Positions 28,375-37,082 of a stretch of DNA of 64,000 nt are shown here, one piece after another; position 1 is the stretch's first letter; each line of letters starts with the position of its first letter. The notes below the pieces were generated by a model. The model ran no database searches. It saw only the letters and a program-made list of their open reading frames with translations, and was not told the origin of the DNA. This DNA is from Myxococcales bacterium (GTDB lineage: Bacteria > Myxococcota_A > Polyangia > Polyangiales > DASUME01): positions 3,424,001-3,488,000 of the forward strand of contig JASGJH010000001.1 in NCBI GenBank assembly GCA_047601445.1, in the 5' to 3' direction. The translations under genes were made by a program, and so were the position numbers.

Positions 28375-29223
28375 TCAGGGCTTCTTGCCGAGGACGTCGA
28401 GCAGGGCTCGCGCTTCGTCGCGACGATAGCCGCCCTTGACCTGCCCCTCTGCGAACGGGCGCAGCGCGCTCGTGGCTTCGGCCTTGCGGCCCAGACGCAC
28501 CAGGCAGATGGCGCGGTTGTAGGCGGCGTCGATGGCGAAGATGCCGTTGGGGAAGCTCTTCGAGTAGCGCTCCCAGAGCGTGAGCGCGGTGGCGTAGTCG
28601 CGCGCCGTGAAGTGCGCGCGGTGGGCTTCGCGGTAGAGCGCGAGATCCGCGCTCGGCGGCCGTGGTGCAGGCGACGCGGGCTCGGCACTGGGCTCGGCGG
28701 GCGCGGGGTCGGCACTGGGCGCTTCGCTGACGGTGGGCACCCGGCTCGGAGCTTCCTGCACCACGCGCGGCTTCTCACGCGAACGCGCGGGACGCTCGGA
28801 AGGCACGCTGGGTACGGAGGCCACGGATTGGGCCGGCTCCGACGCTTCGGGCGTGGGCGCGACGATCGGCTCGGGCGGCGCGACCGGTTGGGGCTCGGGC
28901 GCTGGCACGGCCAACACTTCGGGCTTGGACTGTGGCTTGCGCGCGCGCTTCTCGGCCGGGGCCTCGGGCGCTTGCGTTTCCGCGAGCCACGTCTGAACGG
29001 CGCGCACGGCGCGTTCGATGCCGCCGTTGGTGGCCGCGAAGGCGGAGCCGGCCACGAAGGCAGCGGCCAGCGGTAGCACCCAGCGCAGGGCGCTCGCGCG
29101 GCGCGCGCGCTTGGTGCTGGAGCTCGCCATCAGACGCGCGCGGGTCTCAGCCAAGTCGTCGTCGGACGGCAGGCTCTCCTCACGCAGCGCGCGCGTGGCG
29201 CGTTGGAGCAGGTCGTCATTCAT
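28375..29223 (-). CDS. Putative anti-sigma factor (short cytoplasmic domain, TM, Pro-rich linker, TPR)
   Basis: ATG 29223 overlaps the sigma stop (ATGA); TM WVLPLAAAFVAGSAFAA; TPR YREAHRAHF...FPNGIFAIDAAYNRAICL. Confidence 0.75.
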   Translation of the reverse strand: MNDDLLQRATRALREESLPSDDDLAETRARLMASSSTKRARRASALRWVLPLAAAFVAGSAFAATNGGIERAVRAVQTWLAETQAPEAPAEKRARKPQSKPEVLAVPAPEPQPVAPPEPIVAPTPEASEPAQSVASVPSVPSERPARSREKPRVVQEAPSRVPTVSEAPSADPAPAEPSAEPASPAPRPPSADLALYREAHRAHFTARDYATALTLWERYSKSFPNGIFAIDAAYNRAICLVRLGRKAEATSALRPFAEGQVKGGYRRDEARALLDVLGKKP

Positions 29224-29840
29224 CGCACGCCCCTCCTTTCCAGTTCCTCGCGCAGCTTCTTCTTCGCGTGGAAGAGTCGCGTACGCATCGTGGCCTCGGG
29301 GGCCCCCACGATCTCGCCGGCCTCGCGCGACGTGCGCTCCTCGACCTCGCACAGCACGAAGGCCACGCGCTGATCGAGCGGTAAGGCGTCGAGCGCAGAG
29401 CTCAGGGCCTGCGCCAGGCGCTCTCGGTTGAGGTGGTGTTCGGGAGTGCCAGCTGCCGAGGGCTCGGGTTCACGCGCCAGTCGCTCACCCGCCGCGCGCC
29501 GCCGCGCGGCCGAGCGCACGTGGTGCCGCGCGTGATTGACGGCGATGGAGATCAAGAAGGTCCGCAACGATGCGTTGCCCTCGAAGCGCTGAATCGCCGT
29601 GGGCACCGTCATGAACACTTCGTGCACCAAGTCCTTGGCCGCGTCCGCGTCGCCGACGAGTCGTCGTGCGAAAGCGAGCAACGCCGCAGCATGCTGATCA
29701 TACAGCTCGCCGAGAGCCGCAGCGTCGCCTTCCTGCAGGCGCTCGACGAGCATGCCCTGGGCCGCGACACGGCTGGTATCGGCGACCACCCTCACGGGCG
29801 CGACCATAGCACTGCTGGGCTCGAGGCTCATGACGTCCAT
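29220..29840 (-). CDS. ECF (sigma-70 group 4) RNA polymerase sigma factor
   Basis: Region 2 AKDLVHEVF...SLRTFLISIAVN; region 4 LPLDQRVAFVL...TMRTRLFHAKKKL. Confidence 0.95.
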   Translation of the reverse strand: MDVMSLEPSSAMVAPVRVVADTSRVAAQGMLVERLQEGDAAALGELYDQHAAALLAFARRLVGDADAAKDLVHEVFMTVPTAIQRFEGNASLRTFLISIAVNHARHHVRSAARRRAAGERLAREPEPSAAGTPEHHLNRERLAQALSSALDALPLDQRVAFVLCEVEERTSREAGEIVGAPEATMRTRLFHAKKKLREELERRGVR

Positions 29841-29845
29841 GATTG

Positions 29846-29872
29846 GTGCCCGCTCCGTTCGGGAGTGTTCAA
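29846..29872 (-). promoter_or_regulatory. Putative autoregulatory ECF promoter TTGAAC-N15-GGGCAC
   Basis: Minus strand TTGAAC-ACTCCCGAACGGAGC-GGGCAC-CAATC-ATG(29840). Confidence 0.75.
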
Positions 29873-29894
29873 CCGAATTGGTAAGTGCCCGGGA

Positions 29895-30722
29895 TTACCG
29901 CGAAAACTTGACCGTGATCGGGGCTACGGCGACCACCGCCCGCCCGCTCGTATCGAGGGCCGGTTCGAAGCGCGCGGCCAGCAAGCAGGCGCGCGCAGCG
30001 GGGCCGAAGCCCTGGGACAGCGGGCGCTCGGCGAGCACCGAAACGGCCCTCACCGAGCCGTCGGCGGCCACCGTCACGCGCACGGCCGCGTCGCCGCGAT
30101 CGCTCTGGGCTCGCTCCGGGAAAAAGCCGCGACAAGGATCGAACATGGTCAGCTTCGGGGCTCGCCCCAGCTCGCCGCGAAAGGGCGCGTTGGGGTCCAC
30201 CACGGGCGCAGCTACCGGCGCAGGCTTGGCGGTGCTAGCACCGAGCCCTTCCTTGGCGGTCCCGCCGCGCGCGACCACACCGTATCCGAAGGCACTTCCG
30301 TTGGGGTCGGTCACGAAGCGCACGGGCTCCTGGCTGTCGGGCGTTTCTTCCGGGGCCGTGAGCAGCGGAGCGGCGCTCGCCGCCTTGGGCTCCTCTTTGG
30401 GTGCGCTCGGCGCGCGCGCGCGCACTGGCCTCGGTTCGGGTGCCACGGGCTTGGGCTCTTCGAGCTTGGGTGGAGGCTCAGGGGCCGGAGGTGGCGGTGG
30501 CGCGGGCGGCAACAGCGAAACCTCGGTGACCACCATGGGTCCCTGCTTCGGGGACACCTCAGCGTGGAGCGCGAGCCACGCGAGGCCGGCGTGACACAGC
30601 ACGGCCACCACGACCGATCCGCCGTGGCGCAGCTTGGTCGCAGCGCGCTCTCGAGCATGCGAGCGAAGCGTGGAAGCCGCCTCGGGCACCTGATCGTGTG
30701 TCAAACCCAGGGGGGTGCTCAC
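29895..30722 (-). CDS. tonB: Energy transducer TonB
   Basis: TM with conserved His (VAVLCHA), Pro-rich linker, TonB_C (FPERA...VTVAADGSV...FEPA); downstream of exbBD. Confidence 0.85.
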   Translation of the reverse strand: MSTPLGLTHDQVPEAASTLRSHARERAATKLRHGGSVVVAVLCHAGLAWLALHAEVSPKQGPMVVTEVSLLPPAPPPPPAPEPPPKLEEPKPVAPEPRPVRARAPSAPKEEPKAASAAPLLTAPEETPDSQEPVRFVTDPNGSAFGYGVVARGGTAKEGLGASTAKPAPVAAPVVDPNAPFRGELGRAPKLTMFDPCRGFFPERAQSDRGDAAVRVTVAADGSVRAVSVLAERPLSQGFGPAARACLLAARFEPALDTSGRAVVAVAPITVKFSR

Positions 30723-31126
30723 GGCTGCTTCTCCGCGCCAAAGGCCACCTTGGTGATGCCCACACCGCGCAGCAGGTCGAGCACGTGCATGACCTGTCCG
30801 TGCTCCACCTTGGAAGAAGCGGACAGCACCGCGCGTAGATCCGGAGTGCGCGCGAGCTCGCTGGCCGCCAACCCACGCAGCTGCACGTCCTGCGTGATCA
30901 CCTGGTCGTTGGCGCGCAGCGTGCCGCTCGCATCGATGGTGACCGTGAACATGGTCTGCGTCTCACCGGCGCTGGCGGCCTTGGGAAGATCGAGCGGCAT
31001 GGCCTGGGAGACCACGAGCTTGGCGGTGACCATGAAGATGATCAGCAGCACCAGCGTGATATCGACCAGGGGCGTCACGTTGATGCCCGTAATGTCTTCG
31101 CCTTGATCGGAGGAAGAGGCAGCCAT
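30719..31126 (-). CDS. exbD: Biopolymer transporter ExbD/TolR
   Basis: INVTPLVDITLVLLIIFMVTA. Confidence 0.93.
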   Translation of the reverse strand: MAASSSDQGEDITGINVTPLVDITLVLLIIFMVTAKLVVSQAMPLDLPKAASAGETQTMFTVTIDASGTLRANDQVITQDVQLRGLAASELARTPDLRAVLSASSKVEHGQVMHVLDLLRGVGITKVAFGAEKQP

Positions 31127-31129
31127 GGT

Positions 31130-31844
31130 TCAAGCTCCTTCGCGTGCCACGGAGAACAGACGCAGATCGTGGCCAGACGTGCCCTCCAGGCGGAACACCG
31201 GGGCCTGGTTCGTGTTGGCCTCGAGGTGCACCAAGAGCACGTGCGAGAGCGCGTCCGTGTTGGCGCCGATGCCGCGAATTTTGCGCTGAAAAGCGTTGTA
31301 AGCGGCGACCGCGGGGATGGCCACCAAGAGGCCGATGGCGGTGGCCACGAGGGCCTCTGCGATGCTGTCCATGACGGCGGTGGTGGCCGCCGCGGTGGCG
31401 CCCACGTGACTCGAATTCTTCGAAGGCCAGGATGATGCCCACCACGGTGCCGAACAGCCCCACGAAGGGCGCGTTGTTGCCGAGCGTGCCGAGGAAGCCA
31501 AGCCGTCGATCGAGGCGCGTGCGCTGCACCGCAACGGCGCCGGCCATGGCCTCGCGAGCCGCGTTCACGCCGCGCGCTCCTTCGTCGAGTCCGGCCAGCA
31601 CCACCTGCGCTTCACTGCTGTGCGAAGCCAGGAGCACACCGCGTGCACTCGGCAGGTCGTCGGCGCGCAGATGTCGGGTGAAGTCGCGGGCGAGTAGCTC
31701 GAAGTTTCCCGAGATGGAGAGGAAGAACCAGGCTCGTTCCACGATGATCGTGAAGCTCACGAGCGAGAGCCCGATCAAGAGCCACATCACGGGCGCGGCG
31801 CCCAGGTTCAACATCAAGAGTTTGGTTTGAGTGACGATGTCCAT
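31130..31844 (-). pseudogene. exbB: ExbB/TolQ/MotA proton channel, split by a +1 frameshift near 31412 (possibly a sequencing indel)
   Basis: Frame A reads ...LGTLGNNAPFVGLFGTVVGIILAFEE; frame B continues SHVGATAAATTAVMDSIAEALVATAIGLLVAIPAV. Removing one base in GAATTCGAGT joins them. Confidence 0.88.
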
Positions 31845-31852
31845 GGCGCTGT

Positions 31853-31879
31853 GTGCCCAACGCTAGGCCGAGCGTTCAA
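31853..31879 (-). promoter_or_regulatory. Putative ECF promoter for exbB-exbD-tonB
   Basis: Minus strand TTGAAC-GCTCGGCCTAGCGTT-GGGCAC-ACAGCGCC-ATG(31844). Confidence 0.75.
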
Positions 31880-31901
31880 ATAAAAATCGGCTCCGATTCC
31901 T

Positions 31902-31928
31902 TTGAACGTCCTCACCGTTGGCGGGCAC
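31902..31928 (+). promoter_or_regulatory. Putative ECF promoter for the TonB-dependent receptor
   Basis: TTGAAC-GTCCTCACCGTTGGC-GGGCAC-TAGAGCGCGTC-ATG(31940); back-to-back with the exbB copy, with the palindrome AATCGG-CT-CCGATT between them. Confidence 0.75.
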
Positions 31929-31939
31929 TAGAGCGCGTC

Positions 31940-34378
31940 ATGTCGAATTCAACCCTCGTTCGCCCGCCCTCGCGGGTGAAGCGGCGCTCTCTTGCCCGCG
32001 CCTTGTTCTCTCTGGGTTCCGTGTGGCTGCTGCCAGTGCTGGGGCATGCCCAAGCCGAACCCGAACCCCCCGCCTTGCAAACCCCGGCCGCTCCGAGCTT
32101 GCTGCCTCCGCGGCTGGTGAGCGCTGCTGCTCCGGCGTGGCCGGCCGACGTGGCCCCCACCGAAAGTCCGGTGGTGGTGCTCATCGAGCTCACGGTCGAT
32201 CAAGCGGGCCTGCCGCAGGATCCCGCGGTGATCGAATCGGCGGGCCCAGCGTTCGACGAAGCCGCACTGGGCGCGGTGTCGGGCTTGCGCTTCGAGCCCG
32301 CCACCAAGGACGGCGTCGCGATCTTGGCGCGCATCCCCTTTCGATTCGAGTTCGCGCCACCGCTTCCTCCGGCGCCCGAAATGGAGCTCCCGCCTGCAGC
32401 GGTGGGCCCTGTCGAGGAGTCGCCCGAGCCGCCGGCCGCAGAGGAACCGTTGCTGGCCGACGGTCTGACGCTCGAAGTGCGCGGCGAAAAGCCGCCGCGT
32501 GAGACCACCGTGCATCAGCTCAAGTCCGAAGAGATCCGCGTGATCCCCGGCACCAACGGCGACCCTCTGCGCGCCGTGGAGACCATGCCCGGCGTGGCGC
32601 GTCCGCCCGGCATCGACGGACAGCTCGTGGTGCGCGGCTCGGCGCCCCAGGACACCGCAATCTTCATCGACGGCATCAGCGTGCCCATCGCCTATCACTT
32701 CGGCGGCCTGGTCTCCGTGATCCCGTCGGATGCGCTCACACGCCTCGACTTTCGACCCGGCAACTTCGGCCCCGAGTTCGGCCGCGCGATGGGTGGCGTG
32801 ATCGACATCGGCCTGCGCGGACCGCGCCGTGATCGCTTCGGCGGCGTGTTCCAGCTCGACGTGATCGACGGCCGCGTGATGCTCGAGGGTCCGCTGGGCA
32901 AGCGCACGCGTATGATGTTGGCGGGTCGCCGCTCGTGGGTGGACACCTGGATCGGGCACACCACCGACAGCATCAAGTCTGCACCTGTCTATTACGACAG
33001 CCAGGCCATGATCGAGCACGACTTCAACTCGAAGACCACGGGCCGCGTCATGTTCTTCAGCTCGGACGACCGCATCGCGGTGTTCGCGGATCCTGGCGCG
33101 AGTGATCCCGTGGGTGGCCGCCTGTCCGCGCATCAGGGCTTCACGCGCTTGGCCTTGCGCGTGGATTCGCAGCTCACCGACAAGCTGCGCCTGGCGCAGA
33201 CCTTGAGCTGGGGCACCGAGCGCTACACGTTCAAGTTCGCGGGCGAGAACTCCAATGCGTGGCTCGGCACCTGGCAATCACGCACCGAGCTGCGCCTGCG
33301 CTTGAACGAGTGGTTCTCCGCGGTGATCGGCGCCGACGTGCAGGTGCTCCAGTACGAGACCACCATGCGCATCAAGCCCTACCCGGCCACCGACGAAGTC
33401 GATGGTCCCTACTTCGCGCGCCCGAGCCGCCTGTTCAAGGCCGATGGTTGGGTCACGCGTCCGGCGGGCTACGCGCTGCTCGAGCTCATGCCCACGCGCA
33501 ACTGGCGCATCGTCCCCGGCGTACGCGCCGACTACGGCACCGATACCGGGTTCTTCACCTTCGATCCGCGCGTCACCTCACGCCTCGACGTCCACCCGGG
33601 CTACCCGCGCACCACGCTCAAGGGCGGAGCGGGTCTGTTCCATCAGCCGCCGCAGTACCAGGAGAGCGTGGAACCCTGGGGCACCGCGGGCGTGAAGAGC
33701 AACCGCGCGCTGCACACGAGCTTCGGCATCGAGCAGGAGATCCTGCCGGCCTTCGACGTCACGCTCGAGGGCTTCTACAAGCAGCTCACCAACCTGGTGG
33801 TGGGCTTCGCCAACGAGGACGAAGCCAACAGCTTCGGCGCGCGCTTCGCCAACACCGGCCGCGGCCGAGTCTACGGCGGTGAGTTCATGCTGCGCTATCG
33901 ACCCGACGACAGCCGCTTCTTCGGCTGGATCGCCTACACGCTGTCGCGCAGCGAGCGCGCCAACACCAAGGACGAGCCCTTTCACACCTTCCAATACGAT
34001 CAGACTCACATCTTGAGCGCGCTCGGCAGCTACAAGGTGGGCCGCGGCTGGACCATCGGCGCGCGCTTCCGCTACGTCACGGGCGCACCGTACACGCCCT
34101 ACGTCGGCGGTGTGCTCGACCTCGACGCCGGCGCCTACTCGCCGATCCCGAGCAACACGCCGTACAGCGCGCGGCTCCCGGCCTTCCATCAGCTCGACCT
34201 GCGCGTGGACAAGACGTGGCAACTCCAGCACGCCAAGTTGATCGCCTACCTCGAGCTGCGCAACGCCTACAACCGCCAAAACGCCGAGGCCAAGACCTAC
34301 TCCTACGACTACGCGAACGTCAGCAACCAGAGTGGACTGCCCATCCTGCCGGTGATCGGCCTGCGAGGTGAACTGTGA
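31940..34378 (+). CDS. TonB-dependent receptor with N-terminal TonB_C-like domain
   Basis: Signal peptide; TonB_C-like segment (LTVDQAG...FDEAALGAV...FEPA); plug (DPLRAVETMPGVA, VVRGS, FIDGI); barrel ending RLPAFHQLDLRVDK...GLRGEL. Confidence 0.92.
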   Translation: MSNSTLVRPPSRVKRRSLARALFSLGSVWLLPVLGHAQAEPEPPALQTPAAPSLLPPRLVSAAAPAWPADVAPTESPVVVLIELTVDQAGLPQDPAVIESAGPAFDEAALGAVSGLRFEPATKDGVAILARIPFRFEFAPPLPPAPEMELPPAAVGPVEESPEPPAAEEPLLADGLTLEVRGEKPPRETTVHQLKSEEIRVIPGTNGDPLRAVETMPGVARPPGIDGQLVVRGSAPQDTAIFIDGISVPIAYHFGGLVSVIPSDALTRLDFRPGNFGPEFGRAMGGVIDIGLRGPRRDRFGGVFQLDVIDGRVMLEGPLGKRTRMMLAGRRSWVDTWIGHTTDSIKSAPVYYDSQAMIEHDFNSKTTGRVMFFSSDDRIAVFADPGASDPVGGRLSAHQGFTRLALRVDSQLTDKLRLAQTLSWGTERYTFKFAGENSNAWLGTWQSRTELRLRLNEWFSAVIGADVQVLQYETTMRIKPYPATDEVDGPYFARPSRLFKADGWVTRPAGYALLELMPTRNWRIVPGVRADYGTDTGFFTFDPRVTSRLDVHPGYPRTTLKGGAGLFHQPPQYQESVEPWGTAGVKSNRALHTSFGIEQEILPAFDVTLEGFYKQLTNLVVGFANEDEANSFGARFANTGRGRVYGGEFMLRYRPDDSRFFGWIAYTLSRSERANTKDEPFHTFQYDQTHILSALGSYKVGRGWTIGARFRYVTGAPYTPYVGGVLDLDAGAYSPIPSNTPYSARLPAFHQLDLRVDKTWQLQHAKLIAYLELRNAYNRQNAEAKTYSYDYANVSNQSGLPILPVIGLRGEL

Positions 34379-35247
34379 ACCCCTACAAGAACATGGTCGT
34401 CGGCTTCGTGTTGGCCTTGAACGCCCTCGCTTGCCACGGCTGCAGCGATGACTTCGATCCTTCGTCGCGCGTGGTGAACCTGCGCGTGATCGCGGTGCAG
34501 GCGGATCGCCCCTCGGCGGCCCCCGGTCAACAGGTGCGACTCGACGCGCTCTACTTCGATCCCGAGGGCCGCGCGCTCAGCTGGGCCTGGGGTCTCTGCG
34601 GCAGTGAGGCGTCCTCCTCGGCGCTGTCCTGCGCGCAGACCCTCGACCTGCGGGCGATGAGCATCGGCCAGGCGTCGTCCTTCGAGTTCACCGTCCCCGC
34701 GGCGCCGGCCGGCAGCACGGCCTATGACTCGGTGGGCATCGCCGTGATCGCTTGTCCTGGCACGCTCCAGCCGGGCGACACCGTGGGCATCCCTGTCTCG
34801 TGCGTGGACGCCTCCGGGCTCGCCCTGGATATCAACGCCTTCGAGGTGGGCATGAAGCGGGTCTTCGTGCGCGACCACGATGAGAACCACAACCCGCAGA
34901 TCGAGATGGTGCTGTGGGATGGTGAGCGCTGGCCGGAGGGCGAGCTGCGCGAGGCCGGCTGTGACGCCGACGGCAAGAAGTGCAAGAAGCACAAGCTCGA
35001 GGTGCGCGCCCCGGACGCCCAGGAGCGAGCCACCGATGTCGACGGGCGCTCGATCCAGGAGCAGGCCGTGACGCAGTTCTACGCCACCGGCGGGACCTTC
35101 GAGGACGACGTGCGAGTCGTCGACGAGGCGGACACCACCTGGCAGCCGCGGGCGGAGGACCGGGGCCAGGTGTTGACCCTGTGGTTCGTGGTGCGAGACG
35201 ACCGCGGAGGCGTTACCTGGACCGAACGCCAGGTGCGTGTTCCGTAA
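34375..35247 (+). CDS. Lipoprotein associated with the TonB-dependent receptor
   Basis: GTGA overlap with the receptor stop; lipobox-like ACHGC; LWFVVRDDRGGVTW C-terminus. Confidence 0.75.
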   Translation: MNPYKNMVVGFVLALNALACHGCSDDFDPSSRVVNLRVIAVQADRPSAAPGQQVRLDALYFDPEGRALSWAWGLCGSEASSSALSCAQTLDLRAMSIGQASSFEFTVPAAPAGSTAYDSVGIAVIACPGTLQPGDTVGIPVSCVDASGLALDINAFEVGMKRVFVRDHDENHNPQIEMVLWDGERWPEGELREAGCDADGKKCKKHKLEVRAPDAQERATDVDGRSIQEQAVTQFYATGGTFEDDVRVVDEADTTWQPRAEDRGQVLTLWFVVRDDRGGVTWTERQVRVP

Positions 35248-35440
35248 GTGGCACAGCATCCAGTTCGATCGCATGCGCAGTGTAGGTCTTTACGACACAT
35301 ACGACCGAAGACGCCGCCGGGAGTTGGGGTCCCACCGAAATCAAGATGTCATTCTGGAGCCTTGGAGTCTTACAATCGGATCAGCCGAGCACGCCGGGCG
35401 ACGCGGCGGAGCGGGTAGGTTAGAGGCGGCACTCTCGATC

Positions 35441-37009
35441 GTGGGCATACGTTCTGGTTCGCACATCGCTGCGCGCTTCCCCGTCTTGCGCACCATCAAA
35501 CGGGCGAGCACATGGCTCCTGCTCGGAGCCATGCTGGCCCTGTTGTGCTGCTCGCCTGCCGTGGCCCAGTCGACAGAGGCGCCGCCGCCGAACCGTGAGC
35601 TCGGAGCATCCGGAAATGCGCTCTGCGGATTGATCCTCACCGCCATGCCCACGTGCCCAGTCAAGCGCGTGACGCTCGCACTCACCACGGGCTACGGCTA
35701 CACGGAGAGCATCGGTCCGGTGGAAGGATCCCACAGCCGCCTGTCGGGCGTGCTCGCAGCCTCCTACGTGCCGCTCGACTGGTTGGCCTTGGCGCTCACG
35801 CTCGACGGACGCGTCGATCTGCACCCGGACGACATGCTCGGGAAGAATCGGACGGCCACCGGCGAGCCGAGCCTGACCGTCCGCGCAGGTCGCATGTTGC
35901 CCAAGGGCATGTCCGCGGGCGGCGAGCTCGTGCTGTGGTTCCCCGGCAACGACGCACCGTCGTTCGAGCCCTCCGCGATCTCGGCCGACATGAAGGCGCT
36001 CTTCGCGTGGGCCCCGAGCAAGAAGCGCTACAGCCTGCTGGCCAACCTCGGCTTCCGCTTCGACAACAGTGCCAACAGCGCCCCCGATCTACGCCGGGTA
36101 CGCCCCGGTGACCGCATCGCGCTCGGGCTGAGCGACTCTCACGCCTTCCTGGTCGCGCTCGGCGGGGCCTACCGCGTGGGCGACAAGACCCAGGTCTTCG
36201 GCGAAGTGAGCGCCGATCTCCTGTTCGGCTCCGACGCCCCCTCGCTGTTCAAGTCGCCCTGGCGAGTCAGCGCAGGCTCGCGCTACTTCCTGCCGAACAG
36301 GAAGTTCGTGGCCGAGGCCAATCTGACCGTGGGCTTGAGCGGGCGGCCGGGTGTCGCGCCCACGGATCCGCTGGTGCCCATCGAGCCGCGCATCTCGTTC
36401 AACGTCGGCATTCGCTACAACGCCTGGGAGCCGCCGCCACCGCCGGTTGCAGCGGTCGTGGAGCAGGAGAAGCCGAACGTACTCAAGACCACCGACACCA
36501 TCACGGGCGTGGTGCTCGACGATACCGGTGCGCCGCTGCCCGAGGCCGCGGTGAAGATCGTGGGCACCGACCCGGAGCAGACCGAGAGATCGGCCGTGAC
36601 CAACGCCAGCGGACGCTACCTGCTTACCGACGTTCCCTTCGGACACGTCCAGCTGGAGGCCACCGCCGTGGGCTTCCAGCCGCAGACCTGGGAGACCGAC
36701 GTGTACGCGGGCATGCCCGAGCAGACAGCGCGCACGCTGGTGCAGGAGACCCACGAGGGCGGTCTGCTGCGCGGTCTCATCCGCAGCTTCGGCAGCACAC
36801 CGCTCAACGCGCAGATCACCGTCCTCAACAAGCGCGGCAAGCAGGTCGCGCAAGTGAACACCGACTCGCAGGGCCGCTTCGAGGTTTCGCTGCAGGAAGG
36901 CAAATACCGCGTTGTGGTAAAGGCCACAGGCTACAAGCAGCACCGCGGCGAGATCCAAATCTCGAGCAGCGGCGTGGCGATTCTCAACGTCGACATGCGT
37001 CAGGAGTGA
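35441..37009 (+). CDS. OM beta-barrel with C-terminal carboxypeptidase-regulatory-like (prealbumin-fold) domains; start uncertain
   Basis: Signal peptide AVA-Q; ITGVVLDDTGAPLPEAAV...TNASGRY and TDSQGRFEVSLQEGKY repeats; paralog of 51964-53389. Confidence 0.75.
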   Translation: MGIRSGSHIAARFPVLRTIKRASTWLLLGAMLALLCCSPAVAQSTEAPPPNRELGASGNALCGLILTAMPTCPVKRVTLALTTGYGYTESIGPVEGSHSRLSGVLAASYVPLDWLALALTLDGRVDLHPDDMLGKNRTATGEPSLTVRAGRMLPKGMSAGGELVLWFPGNDAPSFEPSAISADMKALFAWAPSKKRYSLLANLGFRFDNSANSAPDLRRVRPGDRIALGLSDSHAFLVALGGAYRVGDKTQVFGEVSADLLFGSDAPSLFKSPWRVSAGSRYFLPNRKFVAEANLTVGLSGRPGVAPTDPLVPIEPRISFNVGIRYNAWEPPPPPVAAVVEQEKPNVLKTTDTITGVVLDDTGAPLPEAAVKIVGTDPEQTERSAVTNASGRYLLTDVPFGHVQLEATAVGFQPQTWETDVYAGMPEQTARTLVQETHEGGLLRGLIRSFGSTPLNAQITVLNKRGKQVAQVNTDSQGRFEVSLQEGKYRVVVKATGYKQHRGEIQISSSGVAILNVDMRQE

Positions 37010-37082
37010 TGTCGGTTTTTTGTTGACCCGGGGGCCCGGAACGCGGGATGCGAGCATCGGCAACGAGAAGGTGAGGCCGACG

